A model generated the notes under the pieces. That model ran no database searches. It saw only the letters and a program-made list of their open reading frames with translations, and was not told where the DNA came from. A stretch of 64,000 nt of DNA. Origin: an uncultured Planctomycetia bacterium. Its GTDB lineage: Bacteria; Omnitrophota; Gorgyraeia; Tantalellales; Tantalellaceae. Position 1 is the first letter of the stretch; every line of letters starts with the position of its first letter. The translations under genes and the position numbers were made by a program. This document shows, in pieces, positions 19,239-28,105 of the stretch. Location: the NCBI GenBank assembly GCA_964572255.1, contig CAZNEE010000001.1, positions 395,587-459,586 of the forward strand, written 5' to 3'.

Positions 19239-20291
19239 ATGGATAAACAGATCGTATCGATGCATATTGGCTCGGGAGAGATAACGGTAGTTTCCGCTCA
19301 TTGGGCAAGGGGCGGCGAGTATGTATTGGACGGTTTTTACAGGACCGGCGCAAAAGGCTTGCGGGAAGGAGTTGTTACCGATACGAACGAGGCCATAGAT
19401 TCCATTGCCAGGTCATTAAATGGAATAAGGGGGAGAACCGGCATCAAGTTCAGGGAGGTCTATACCGGGATAACATCCCCGTCAGTGGATATGATGCCTG
19501 CCATGGGAGATGTTCTGCTGTCAAAGTACGGAAGGGAGATAAATCCCGGCGATATGAAAAAATGCGTGGAAATGGGGTCGGTGATCAAACTTCCTTTAGA
19601 GAGGGAATCTTTGCATAAGCTGGTCAGCGAATTTTATGTAGACGGAGAAAAAGGCATTAAAAATCCCGTAAATCTTGAAGCGGTAAAGCTCGGAGTGAAG
19701 ATCAATATTATAACGATAAGATCCAATATTCTGAATAATCTTATAAAATGCATAAATATGGCAGGATATCTTTCTTCAGGATTTGTTCTTTCCGGGCTTG
19801 CTTCTTCGTACAGGACGCTTACTCAGGAAGACAAAAATGAAGGGGCGGCGCTCATACGCATTTCTAAAGAGATCACGGAGATCCTCTTTTTCAATAAAGG
19901 GGTCATGACGAACTGCAAGGTCCTTGCTAAAGGCGCGGATAACATCATGGCAAGCGACAATACGATCAATGAAGATGTGCTGGGTGAACTTACATCAAGG
20001 ATCAGGCAATATCCTGAGTGGAAACAGACCAAAAGAATAGTTTTGACAGGGGAAGGATCCATGTATGAAGGCATGTTAGAGTCATGGGAAAGTTCATTGA
20101 ACTCGCCGGTGAAAATCGGGAATTGCCTTGCAAGGCCGTTCGAAAACCTGCCTGAAGACAGAATGGGTTATATCGTAAGCCTCGGCATTTTAGACCATCT
20201 TTATCGGGAAAAACAGCAAAACCGGCTCGCCAACAATCTCATCAACGGGGCATTTTACAGAGTAACGGGATTTATCGATAAGTACTTTTAA
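19239..20291 (+). CDS. ftsA: Actin-like cell division protein FtsA (short form, 350 aa)
   Basis: FtsA-type N-terminus (IVSMHIGSGEITVV...GLREGVVTDTNEAIDSIARS) and position after ftsQ. It is shorter than typical FtsA (~420 aa). Confidence 0.65.
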   Translation: MDKQIVSMHIGSGEITVVSAHWARGGEYVLDGFYRTGAKGLREGVVTDTNEAIDSIARSLNGIRGRTGIKFREVYTGITSPSVDMMPAMGDVLLSKYGREINPGDMKKCVEMGSVIKLPLERESLHKLVSEFYVDGEKGIKNPVNLEAVKLGVKINIITIRSNILNNLIKCINMAGYLSSGFVLSGLASSYRTLTQEDKNEGAALIRISKEITEILFFNKGVMTNCKVLAKGADNIMASDNTINEDVLGELTSRIRQYPEWKQTKRIVLTGEGSMYEGMLESWESSLNSPVKIGNCLARPFENLPEDRMGYIVSLGILDHLYREKQQNRLANNLINGAFYRVTGFIDKYF

Positions 20292-20310
20292 TATTGACTT
20301 TGTTTTAGAA

Positions 20311-20382
20311 GTACAGTGCATTTCCTACCAGGGCCCCTCCGCCCGGTGTGGATCCTCCCTGTACGGAAATACACTGTACTTT
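20311..20382 (+). repeat. Structured repeat family B, copy 1 (core GGGCCCCTCCGCCCGGTGTGGATCCTCCC inside a 16-bp outer stem; core-sense on plus strand)
   Basis: The 27-nt core is identical to the copies at 31412-31481 and, in reverse complement, 32625-32695. A 43-nt stretch is identical to copy 3. Outer stems co-vary between copies. The hairpin is followed by TTTT, so it may also serve as the ftsA terminator. Confidence 0.7.
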
Positions 20383-20499
20383 TGAATAAAAGTAAAGCAG
20401 AAAAGTACTTGGCGCTAGATTCCCTTTGCTATTGACATGTATATAAAATTATGCTACTTTTAACCATTAAAATTATTAATATTATAGGGAAAATATGCC

Positions 20500-21300
20500 A
20501 TGAAGAATCTTAAGTTGGGCGTTATAGGCTGCGGTAACATGGGAAGCGCAATAGTGAGGGGCGTGACCAAAAAGGGCATTATCGAAAGCGAGAACATCCT
20601 TATAAATGATGAGGATACAGATAAAGCCGCTTCTCTCGCAAGCGAAACAGGCTGCCGTTCGGCAGAGCTTCCGGATCTGGCAGGCAAGGCCGACTATTTA
20701 CTTTTTGCTGTCAAACCCCAGGATTTTGATGCTCTGGCTGACCGGATAAAGGATCAAATCTCCGGCCAGACTATAGTATCCATTATGGCGGGCGTTACTA
20801 TCGAAGCCATTACCGAAAAAATTGGGAAGGAAACACCTGTAATAAGGGCAATGCCTAACATGGCGGCATTTGCTTCTTCCGGGGTTACTTGCATCTCCTG
20901 CAATAAGCTGGTTGACGATCTTCAGGATGTGAAAGATATTTTCAGGGCCGTAGGCGAGGTGATGGAAGTTGAAGAGGATGATCTGGATGCCGTCACCGCT
21001 ATTTCCGGTTCGGGGCCTGCGTATCTGTTCTTTCTCGCGGATGCCATGATATCTGCCGGCGAAAAGTCAGGGCTAAGCAGGGAAAAGGCGGAAGAGCTTG
21101 TAAAACAAACCTTATACGGTTCGTCCGTTCTTTTAAAGGATTCGAAGGATCTGCCTTCAGAGCTTATTGGTAAGGTTGCTTCTAAAGGCGGTACTACAGA
21201 AGCGGCGCTGTCGGTTCTTAAGGACAGAGACGTGAAAGGTGCGATAATAGAGGCTGTCATAAAAGCAAAGAAAAGGTCCGAAGAATTATCCGGGAGATAA
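20500..21300 (+). CDS. proC: Pyrroline-5-carboxylate reductase ProC
   Basis: NADP-binding LKLGVIGCGNMGSAIVRG and a P5CR C-terminal dimerisation region. Confidence 0.85.
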   Translation: MKNLKLGVIGCGNMGSAIVRGVTKKGIIESENILINDEDTDKAASLASETGCRSAELPDLAGKADYLLFAVKPQDFDALADRIKDQISGQTIVSIMAGVTIEAITEKIGKETPVIRAMPNMAAFASSGVTCISCNKLVDDLQDVKDIFRAVGEVMEVEEDDLDAVTAISGSGPAYLFFLADAMISAGEKSGLSREKAEELVKQTLYGSSVLLKDSKDLPSELIGKVASKGGTTEAALSVLKDRDVKGAIIEAVIKAKKRSEELSGR

Positions 21301-21304
21301 ATTT

Positions 21305-21601
21305 ATGTTTATTCTAAGCGAATTATTCAGGTCTTTAGCGCTCTTGGTCTCACTTGTTTTCAATATACTCTATTTTTTGCTGGTGATCAGGATAATCATC
21401 TCATGGGTCGGGGCAGATCCGTATAACGAGATCGTAAGGATCATCTACACCATAACCGAACCCATACTTGCTCCTTTCAGAAGATTGCCTCTTCAGGTGG
21501 GAGGGATAGACTTTTCACCTATATTGGCTTTTATAGTTTTGAGTGTATTGAGAAATTTTATTGTCAACATACTTTACCAGATAGCATATCGCTTAGGGTA
21601 G
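21305..21601 (+). CDS. YggT family membrane protein (YlmG/Ycf19)
   Basis: 98 aa with two TMs and a YggT-like core (IISWVG...ITEPILAPFRRL). Conserved linkage with proC. Confidence 0.7.
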   Translation: MFILSELFRSLALLVSLVFNILYFLLVIRIIISWVGADPYNEIVRIIYTITEPILAPFRRLPLQVGGIDFSPILAFIVLSVLRNFIVNILYQIAYRLG

Positions 21602-21603
21602 AA

Positions 21604-21828
21604 GTGATGAGGATAGAACTTAAAGTGTTCCCCAAGTCGTCGCAGGAGAAGCTTGTGACAGACGGAGACCTGATCAAAGCATACGTAAAAGCTCCTCCGG
21701 ACAAAGGCAAGGCAAATAAGGCGCTGATAGAACTCTTGGCCAGGGAATATAAGGTTTCAAAGAGCAGTATAAAGATAATTAAAGGGCAAACCGGCAGGAA
21801 CAAGGTAGTGGAGGTAAATAAAACGTGA
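21604..21828 (+). CDS. DUF167 (YggU) family protein
   Basis: 74 aa. MRIELKVFPKSS...VKAPPDKGKANKALIELLAREYKVSKSSIKIIKGQTGRNKVVEV matches the UPF0235/YggU pattern. Confidence 0.7.
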   Translation: MMRIELKVFPKSSQEKLVTDGDLIKAYVKAPPDKGKANKALIELLAREYKVSKSSIKIIKGQTGRNKVVEVNKT

Positions 21829-22691
21829 GCAAAATAGGAATAATAGGCGGAAGCGGACTTTACCAAATGGAGGGGCTTGATATAACCGAGAGAAAAACTG
21901 TTGATACGCCTTTCGGAAAACCTTCTGATGAGTTTGCAATAGGAAAATTTAACGGAAAAGAAATAGTATTCCTGCCGCGTCATGGCCGCAACCACGAAAT
22001 ATCCCCGACGGAAATAAATAACAGGGCGAATATATATGCTTTGAAAGTCCTCGGTGTTGATAGGATCATATCCGTAGCCGCGGTAGGCAGTCTTAAAGAA
22101 GATATACATCCTTTGGACATGGTCCTTGTTGACCAGTTTATCGACAGGACGAACCAGGCAAGACCCGCCACTTTTTTCAGTGACGGCATAGTTGTCCACA
22201 TACAATTTGCCGAACCCGTGTGCAGCGAATTGCAGCAGCTGATATACAAGAGCAATAAACATCTTGATGCGACAATACATAACGGCGGGACATATGTTAA
22301 CATGGAAGGCCCCGCGTTCTCCACAAAAGCGGAATCTTTCTTATATAAAAGCTGGGGCGCGGATGTGATCGGCATGACGAATATGCCTGAAGCGCGTCTG
22401 GCGCGCGAGGCGGGGATCTGTTACGCGTTGATAGCCATGATAACCGATTATGACTGCTGGCATCTCGGCACGGAGATCGAAGCTGTTTCGGTGGAAATGA
22501 TCCTTGAGAACCTTAAAAAAAGCGTAGAAACTGCCAAAACAATGCTTAAAAATGTTCTCGAAAACATGCCGGATGGACCCGCTTGCGGATGCAAAGATAC
22601 ACTCCGTAATGCTATAGTGACTCCAAAGGATGCCATGCCGAAAGAGACAGTCGAAAAATTGAGACCGATAATTGAAGGGTTTATCAAATAG
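21825..22691 (+). CDS. mtnP: S-methyl-5'-thioadenosine phosphorylase (MTAP/PNP family)
   Basis: MTAP-type N-terminus KIGIIGGSGLY...FGKPSDEF..G...G.EIVFLPRHG. Confidence 0.8.
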   Translation: MSKIGIIGGSGLYQMEGLDITERKTVDTPFGKPSDEFAIGKFNGKEIVFLPRHGRNHEISPTEINNRANIYALKVLGVDRIISVAAVGSLKEDIHPLDMVLVDQFIDRTNQARPATFFSDGIVVHIQFAEPVCSELQQLIYKSNKHLDATIHNGGTYVNMEGPAFSTKAESFLYKSWGADVIGMTNMPEARLAREAGICYALIAMITDYDCWHLGTEIEAVSVEMILENLKKSVETAKTMLKNVLENMPDGPACGCKDTLRNAIVTPKDAMPKETVEKLRPIIEGFIK

Positions 22692-22706
22692 CTTAAGATC
22701 AGAAGA

Positions 22707-25520
22707 ATGAAAAAAGAAACTCAAAAGACAGGATACAAAGAAACGCTGAACCTTCCGAAAACTTCATTCCCCATGAAAGCCGATCTTCCAAAAAGGGAGC
22801 CGGAAATACTTAAAAAATGGGAAGAGGGCGATATTTACAGATCGATAATCGATGAACGCAAAGATTCGGGAAGGACTTTCATCCTGCATGACGGCCCGCC
22901 TTATGCTAACGGCCATATTCATATGGGGCATGTGCTTAATAAGATCCTCAAGGATATGTGCGTGAAGTACTTTTCCATGAAGGGGAACCTTTCTCCGTTC
23001 GTGCCGGGATGGGATTGTCACGGCCTTCCGGTCGAGCACCAGCTGCTGAAGGAATTGAATATAGATAAAAAAGATATCGGCAAGATCGAATTCCGCAAAA
23101 AAGCGTATGATTATGCCATGAAATTCGTAAAGATCCAGTCGGAAGAATTCAAAAGGCTGGGAGTGTTCGGCGACTGGGAGAAACCTTATCTTACCCTGAC
23201 GAAAGAGTATGAAGCGGATATCCTTCTGGCGCTTGCTGAACTTTGCGAAAAAGGATATATATATAAAGGGAAAAAACCTGTCAACTGGTGCAAGTCATGC
23301 GGTACCGCGCTGGCGGAAGCTGAAGTGGAATATGAGGATAAAACATCGCCTTCGATATACGTGAAATTCCCCGCAGGTGACGGCAAAGACAAAAAAACTT
23401 CTTTTTTGATCTGGACCACCACGCCATGGACGCTTATCGCTAACGTCGCCATAGCACTTCATCCGGAGTTTGTATATTCCTTTGTGGCTGTCGGGGATGA
23501 AGAGTGGATCATGGCTTCGGACCTGGTGGGTCCTATCATGGAGAAATTCGCCATCAAGGATTACAGCGTTGCAAAAACGCTGACCGGAGACGAGGTCGCT
23601 AAAGAAATAAAAAAAGCCGAACATCCTTTCATCGAACGGGATTCGTTTGTAGTCACTGCCGATTATGTCACAAAAATGGAAGGCACGGGTTGTGTCCACA
23701 CTGCTCCGGGACACGGGCAGGAAGATTATATTACAGGCATGAAATACAAGCTCCCGATGATCATGCCGGTCGATAGCGAAGGCAAGTTCACAAAAGAAGC
23801 GGGCCAGTTCAGCGGGCAGGATGTCCTGGAGGCAAATCCAAAAATCATGGAAAAAATGCGCTCGAACGGCACGCTCATTTTATCGGAAGATGTAGTGCAT
23901 TCATACCCGCATTGCTGGCGTTGTAAATTGCCGATAATATTCAGGGCTACGGAACAGTGGTTCATGAGCGTTGATCATGATGATCTCAGGACGAAGATGA
24001 TAGATACGATCAATAAAGAAGTTGAATGGATACCTCAAGCAGGGATGGAACGCATAAGTTCAATGGTGGAGGGAAGGCCGGACTGGTGTCTTTCCAGGCA
24101 GCGTTACTGGGGCGTGCCTATACCCGCCTTTAAGTGCGAATCCTGCGGGGAAGCGTTTACGAACGCTGATATCGTAAAGAGGGTGGCGGAACTTACCAGG
24201 AAGCATGGCGCGGATGTCTGGTTCGAGAAGAAAACGGAAGAATTATTTCCTCAAGGCCTTAAATGCGAGAGCTGCGGGAGCAACAAACTGTCCAAAGAAG
24301 ACAATATCCTTGATGTCTGGTTTGATTCGGGCGTAAGCCATAAAGCGGTTCTTGACGCAAGGAGCGATCTTGCCTTTCCTGCGGATCTTTATCTTGAAGG
24401 TTCCGACCAGCATAGGGGATGGTTCCAGGCGGCTTTAATAACTTCCATGGCCGCTAAAGGTGAGGCGCCGTACAAAAAGGTGCTTACTCACGGTTTTGTC
24501 GTGGACGGTGAAGGAAAGAAAATGTCGAAATCCATAGGCAATGTTATCAGCCCTCAGGATGTCATGAAAAAATACGGGGCGGACATTTTAAGGCTGTGGG
24601 TGGCTTCCAGCGATTATGAAGGGGATATCAAGCTTTCCGAGGAGATACTTGCAAGGCTTGCTGACGGGTACAGGAAGATAAGAAATACTTTCAGGTATCT
24701 TTTGAGCAATCTTTATGATTTCGATCCTTCAGAGGACAGTATAGATTTTAAGGATCTCTCCGAACTTGATAAATGGATGCTTTCCCGTCTCAGCAAACTT
24801 GTTATCAGCGCTACTGAATATTACGACAAGTGGGAATTCTACAAGGTTTACAGAGCCGTATATGATTTTTGCGTTTACGAAGTAAGCGCTTTTTATCTTG
24901 ACGTGCTTAAGGATATATTGTATATATTGGCACCGGGCTCGCGCGAGAGGCGTTCCGGCCAAACGGTTATTTTCAATGTGCTCAACGCGTTAAGTGTTAT
25001 CATGGCGCCCGTTCTTTCATTTACAACAGAGGAGGTCTGGAGCTTCATGGATTTTGCCGGCAGGGGCAAAAGCGTTCATATGGCAAACTGGCCCGATGTC
25101 GAAGATATGAAAAAATGGAGGAACGGGGAACTGGATGAAAAATGGGACAAAATCCTTGATATACGCGACAATGTGATGAAATTCCTTGAAATAAAACGTG
25201 AAAAGGATATCATAGGTAGTTCACTGGAAGCGAAAATAATTTTATACACGGAGGATGACGGGCTTGAGAGTTTCATCCGCGAGAATATCGATCTTTTTCC
25301 GCCTCTTTTTAAAGTATCACAGGCAGAGGTAGCAGATTCCCGCGGTGAAGAGATGGAGAAGTCGCAGGATCTTCCTCTTGAAGTCTCGATCAAAAAAGCT
25401 GACGGTCAGAAATGTCCGAGGTGCTGGAACTTTAGCGAAAAGGTAGGAAGCAGTAAGGAGTTTCCCGAACTTTGTGAAAGATGCAGCAGCGTAATGTCAG
25501 AAAGGAGTGATAATGGTTAG
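22707..25520 (+). CDS. ileS: Isoleucine--tRNA ligase IleS
   Basis: HIGH variant (HIHMGHVLN), KMSKS (KKMSKSIGN), an editing domain, and a C-terminal zinc knuckle (CPRCW...CERC). 937 aa. Confidence 0.95.
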   Translation: MKKETQKTGYKETLNLPKTSFPMKADLPKREPEILKKWEEGDIYRSIIDERKDSGRTFILHDGPPYANGHIHMGHVLNKILKDMCVKYFSMKGNLSPFVPGWDCHGLPVEHQLLKELNIDKKDIGKIEFRKKAYDYAMKFVKIQSEEFKRLGVFGDWEKPYLTLTKEYEADILLALAELCEKGYIYKGKKPVNWCKSCGTALAEAEVEYEDKTSPSIYVKFPAGDGKDKKTSFLIWTTTPWTLIANVAIALHPEFVYSFVAVGDEEWIMASDLVGPIMEKFAIKDYSVAKTLTGDEVAKEIKKAEHPFIERDSFVVTADYVTKMEGTGCVHTAPGHGQEDYITGMKYKLPMIMPVDSEGKFTKEAGQFSGQDVLEANPKIMEKMRSNGTLILSEDVVHSYPHCWRCKLPIIFRATEQWFMSVDHDDLRTKMIDTINKEVEWIPQAGMERISSMVEGRPDWCLSRQRYWGVPIPAFKCESCGEAFTNADIVKRVAELTRKHGADVWFEKKTEELFPQGLKCESCGSNKLSKEDNILDVWFDSGVSHKAVLDARSDLAFPADLYLEGSDQHRGWFQAALITSMAAKGEAPYKKVLTHGFVVDGEGKKMSKSIGNVISPQDVMKKYGADILRLWVASSDYEGDIKLSEEILARLADGYRKIRNTFRYLLSNLYDFDPSEDSIDFKDLSELDKWMLSRLSKLVISATEYYDKWEFYKVYRAVYDFCVYEVSAFYLDVLKDILYILAPGSRERRSGQTVIFNVLNALSVIMAPVLSFTTEEVWSFMDFAGRGKSVHMANWPDVEDMKKWRNGELDEKWDKILDIRDNVMKFLEIKREKDIIGSSLEAKIILYTEDDGLESFIRENIDLFPPLFKVSQAEVADSRGEEMEKSQDLPLEVSIKKADGQKCPRCWNFSEKVGSSKEFPELCERCSSVMSERSDNG

Positions 25521-26013
25521 AAAAAGAGCAAAAGCCAAGGCAGCCAAGAAAAAAACTGCTTCTAAAAAAGCGACCCGTAAAGGCGCAAAAAAGAAAACAG
25601 TCTTAAAAAAGAAGGTTGTTATAAAAGGGCCTTTTAAAAAGAACGAACTTGCCAAGGTCAGACAGGACCTTCTTAAGAAGAAAGCGAAGATCCTTGAGGA
25701 ACTGATGATACTTAAAGGGCAGTCGCTCAATACTTCATTCAAAGATGCCTCAGGGGACCTTTCCGGATATACATTTCATATGGCGGATATGGCTACCGAT
25801 CTTTATGATCGTGAATTTTCCCTGGAGTTGGCCGAAGGCGAAAGAGAACAGCTTTACGCTTTAGATGATGCCATAAAACGCATCGATGAGGGCATTTACG
25901 GCGTATGTGAAAGCTGCGGATGCAATATTAAGAAGCAGCGCTTAAAAGTTATGCCGGAGGCAAAATGCTGTATAAAATGCCAGGAAGAGGAAGAACAATC
26001 CGCGGGTAGATAA
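25513..26013 (+). CDS. DksA/TraR-family C4 zinc-finger protein with histone-H1-like lysine-rich N-terminal tail
   Basis: C-terminal CESCGCNI...CCIKC matches the TraR/DksA zinc finger. The N-terminal 45 aa are about 50% Lys/Ala. Placement between ileS and lspA is conserved. The ATG at 25513 has an AAAGGAG RBS. Confidence 0.65.
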   Translation: MVRKRAKAKAAKKKTASKKATRKGAKKKTVLKKKVVIKGPFKKNELAKVRQDLLKKKAKILEELMILKGQSLNTSFKDASGDLSGYTFHMADMATDLYDREFSLELAEGEREQLYALDDAIKRIDEGIYGVCESCGCNIKKQRLKVMPEAKCCIKCQEEEEQSAGR

Positions 26014-26015
26014 AG

Positions 26016-26459
26016 TTGGCTTTTATCATAATTCTCGCTATATTCATTCTTGATCAGGCTTCCAAATTATACGCTGTAAGGATGCTTTCCGCATCAGAAA
26101 GCATCCCGGTCATAAAAAACGTCTTTCACCTGACCCTCGTGTACAATACCGGAGCGGCTTTCGGCATATTCAGGTCCCAATCACATCTTTTTATCGTTGT
26201 AGCCGTGCTTTCGGTATTTTTCATCCTTTTTCTTGTAACCAGAAAAGCGCACGCGTTTAATTCCTTTGAGAAAACGGCATTATATTTCATTTTAGGCGGT
26301 ACGTTGGGAAATCTGACCGATCGTTTAAGATTGGGTCATGTTACAGACTTTATTGATCTCAGAGTGTGGCCGGTCTTTAATATTGCGGACAGTTTTATCA
26401 CTGTCGGCGCTATAATGCTGGCGTTATCGATCATATTAAGAGGAAGAAAGAGACAATAA
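26016..26459 (+). CDS. lspA: Lipoprotein signal peptidase II LspA
   Basis: NTGAAFG and FNIAD motifs, four TMs. Confidence 0.85.
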   Translation: MAFIIILAIFILDQASKLYAVRMLSASESIPVIKNVFHLTLVYNTGAAFGIFRSQSHLFIVVAVLSVFFILFLVTRKAHAFNSFEKTALYFILGGTLGNLTDRLRLGHVTDFIDLRVWPVFNIADSFITVGAIMLALSIILRGRKRQ

Positions 26460-27196
26460 TGTACCCCGTATTATTCAAGATAGGATCCGTTTCAATATAT
26501 TCTTATGGTTTATTTGTTGCCGCAGGCTTTTTGATCGCGTCTTTTCTCATGTTAAGAGATTCCGCGAAAGAGGGGCTTCCCAGGGAAAGCGTATTGGACT
26601 CGCTTATTGCGATTCTTGCGGGCGGCGTGATAGGCGGAAGACTGTTATATGTTGTCATTAATTGGGGATATTTTTCATCTGATCCCATCAAGATGATCAT
26701 GCTTAATGAAGGGGGCATGGCTATCCATGGAGCGATCGTCCTGGGGTTTATAGCCGGGGTCGTGACAGCGAGAATAAAAGGACTTCCTGTCTGGAAGACA
26801 GCTGATATCATAGCGCCGTATATAGCATTGGGGCAGGCGATCGGGAGGATCGGCTGCTTTTTTAACGGATGTTGTTACGGCAGGGAATACGACGGTCTTT
26901 TCAGTGTTACATTTCCTCAGGATACGGTATCCAGAGTGCCGACACAGATCTGTCTAAGCGCAGGGTTGCTTGCGATCTATATAATGCTGAGAGTTGCCGG
27001 CAGAGGCGGAAAGTATAACGGCCGGATCTTTGCTTTGTATCTGATCCTCTATTCCATTTTCAGGTTTTTCGTGGATTTTCTAAGAGGCGATAATCCGCTC
27101 GTATTTTCCGGATTGACCCTCGCGCAAGTTATAAGCATTATCATCTTTGCATGCGGATTATTTTTATTCGCGATAAGAAAACATGGAAGAACTTAA
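26459..27196 (+). CDS. lgt: Prolipoprotein diacylglyceryl transferase Lgt
   Basis: Polytopic membrane protein with an Lgt-type N-terminus and a G-rich signature (GGRLLYV). It follows lspA. Confidence 0.8.
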   Translation: MYPVLFKIGSVSIYSYGLFVAAGFLIASFLMLRDSAKEGLPRESVLDSLIAILAGGVIGGRLLYVVINWGYFSSDPIKMIMLNEGGMAIHGAIVLGFIAGVVTARIKGLPVWKTADIIAPYIALGQAIGRIGCFFNGCCYGREYDGLFSVTFPQDTVSRVPTQICLSAGLLAIYIMLRVAGRGGKYNGRIFALYLILYSIFRFFVDFLRGDNPLVFSGLTLAQVISIIIFACGLFLFAIRKHGRT

Positions 27197-28088
27197 ATTT
27201 AAAGTAACACAGGAAGAGGCCGGGATGCGCGTCGATAAATGCATCGCGCTCAGGCTCGGCGAAGGATATTCCCGTACATTCGTCAAGGACCTGATCGATA
27301 AAAAGCTTGTAAAAGTTAACGGCAAAAGTATCAAGCCCAGCTATGAGGCAAATGAAGGCGATCGGATCCTGGCAGCCATACCTCCCCCTGAAAAAAGCGA
27401 TCTCGAGCCGGAAGATATTCCTCTGAATGTAATTTACGAAGACGAGTGGATCATTGTTATTGATAAGCCCGCGGGAATGGTCGTTCACCCCGGAGCGGGC
27501 AACAGGAAGGGAACGCTGGTTAACGCACTTCTGCATTATTCGGAAAAGCTCGCGGATACGGGGGATGAATCGAGGCCCGGCATTGTCCACAGGCTTGATA
27601 AGGACACTTCAGGCATTATAGTTGTCGCGAAAAATGACCGCGCATTGAGATCTCTTTCAAAGCAGTTCCAGAAACGCGCGGTAAAAAAAAGATATGCAGC
27701 GATTGTAAAAGGGCGCCTTGAGCTGGATAACGGCGTTGTAGAGCTTCCCCTTGCGAGGCATTCTACCGACAGAAAAAAAATGGCTGTCGAGCATGCAAGA
27801 GGAAAAAAAGCTAAGACAGTTTATCATGTCCGAAAACGTTTTAAGGATTTTACTTTACTGGATATCGAGCTTCATACAGGCAGGACCCATCAGATAAGGG
27901 TCCACATGAAACATATAGGTCATCCTGTTCTCGGCGATATTACTTACGGAAGGTCCGACGGGGTAAAAAGACAGGCGCTTCACGCCCAAATGCTGGGGTT
28001 CACTCACCCTGATACGGGTGAATATATCGAATTCCATTCACCGATCCCGAAAGACATGAAAGAGATCATTGAGAAAGGTGAAATTTAG
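27183..28088 (+). CDS. rluD: 23S rRNA pseudouridine synthase, RluD/RluA family (S4 domain N-terminal)
   Basis: Catalytic HRLDKDTSGIIVVAKN motif and an N-terminal S4 domain. Confidence 0.85.
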   Translation: MEELKFKVTQEEAGMRVDKCIALRLGEGYSRTFVKDLIDKKLVKVNGKSIKPSYEANEGDRILAAIPPPEKSDLEPEDIPLNVIYEDEWIIVIDKPAGMVVHPGAGNRKGTLVNALLHYSEKLADTGDESRPGIVHRLDKDTSGIIVVAKNDRALRSLSKQFQKRAVKKRYAAIVKGRLELDNGVVELPLARHSTDRKKMAVEHARGKKAKTVYHVRKRFKDFTLLDIELHTGRTHQIRVHMKHIGHPVLGDITYGRSDGVKRQALHAQMLGFTHPDTGEYIEFHSPIPKDMKEIIEKGEI

Positions 28089-28105
28089 TGGTATAGTAGC
28101 TGATT

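Noticed and set aside
20400-20470. Sigma70 promoter for proC around TTGACATGTATATAAAATTATGCTACTTT
   Set aside because: A -35 TTGACA is present, but no convincing -10 lies at 16-18 nt spacing. It is left unannotated.
21564-22280. 238-aa ORF on the minus strand opposite the mtnP and DUF167 genes
   Set aside because: It is fully antisense to well-supported plus-strand genes, has no recognisable domain, and its low-complexity composition is typical of a shadow ORF.
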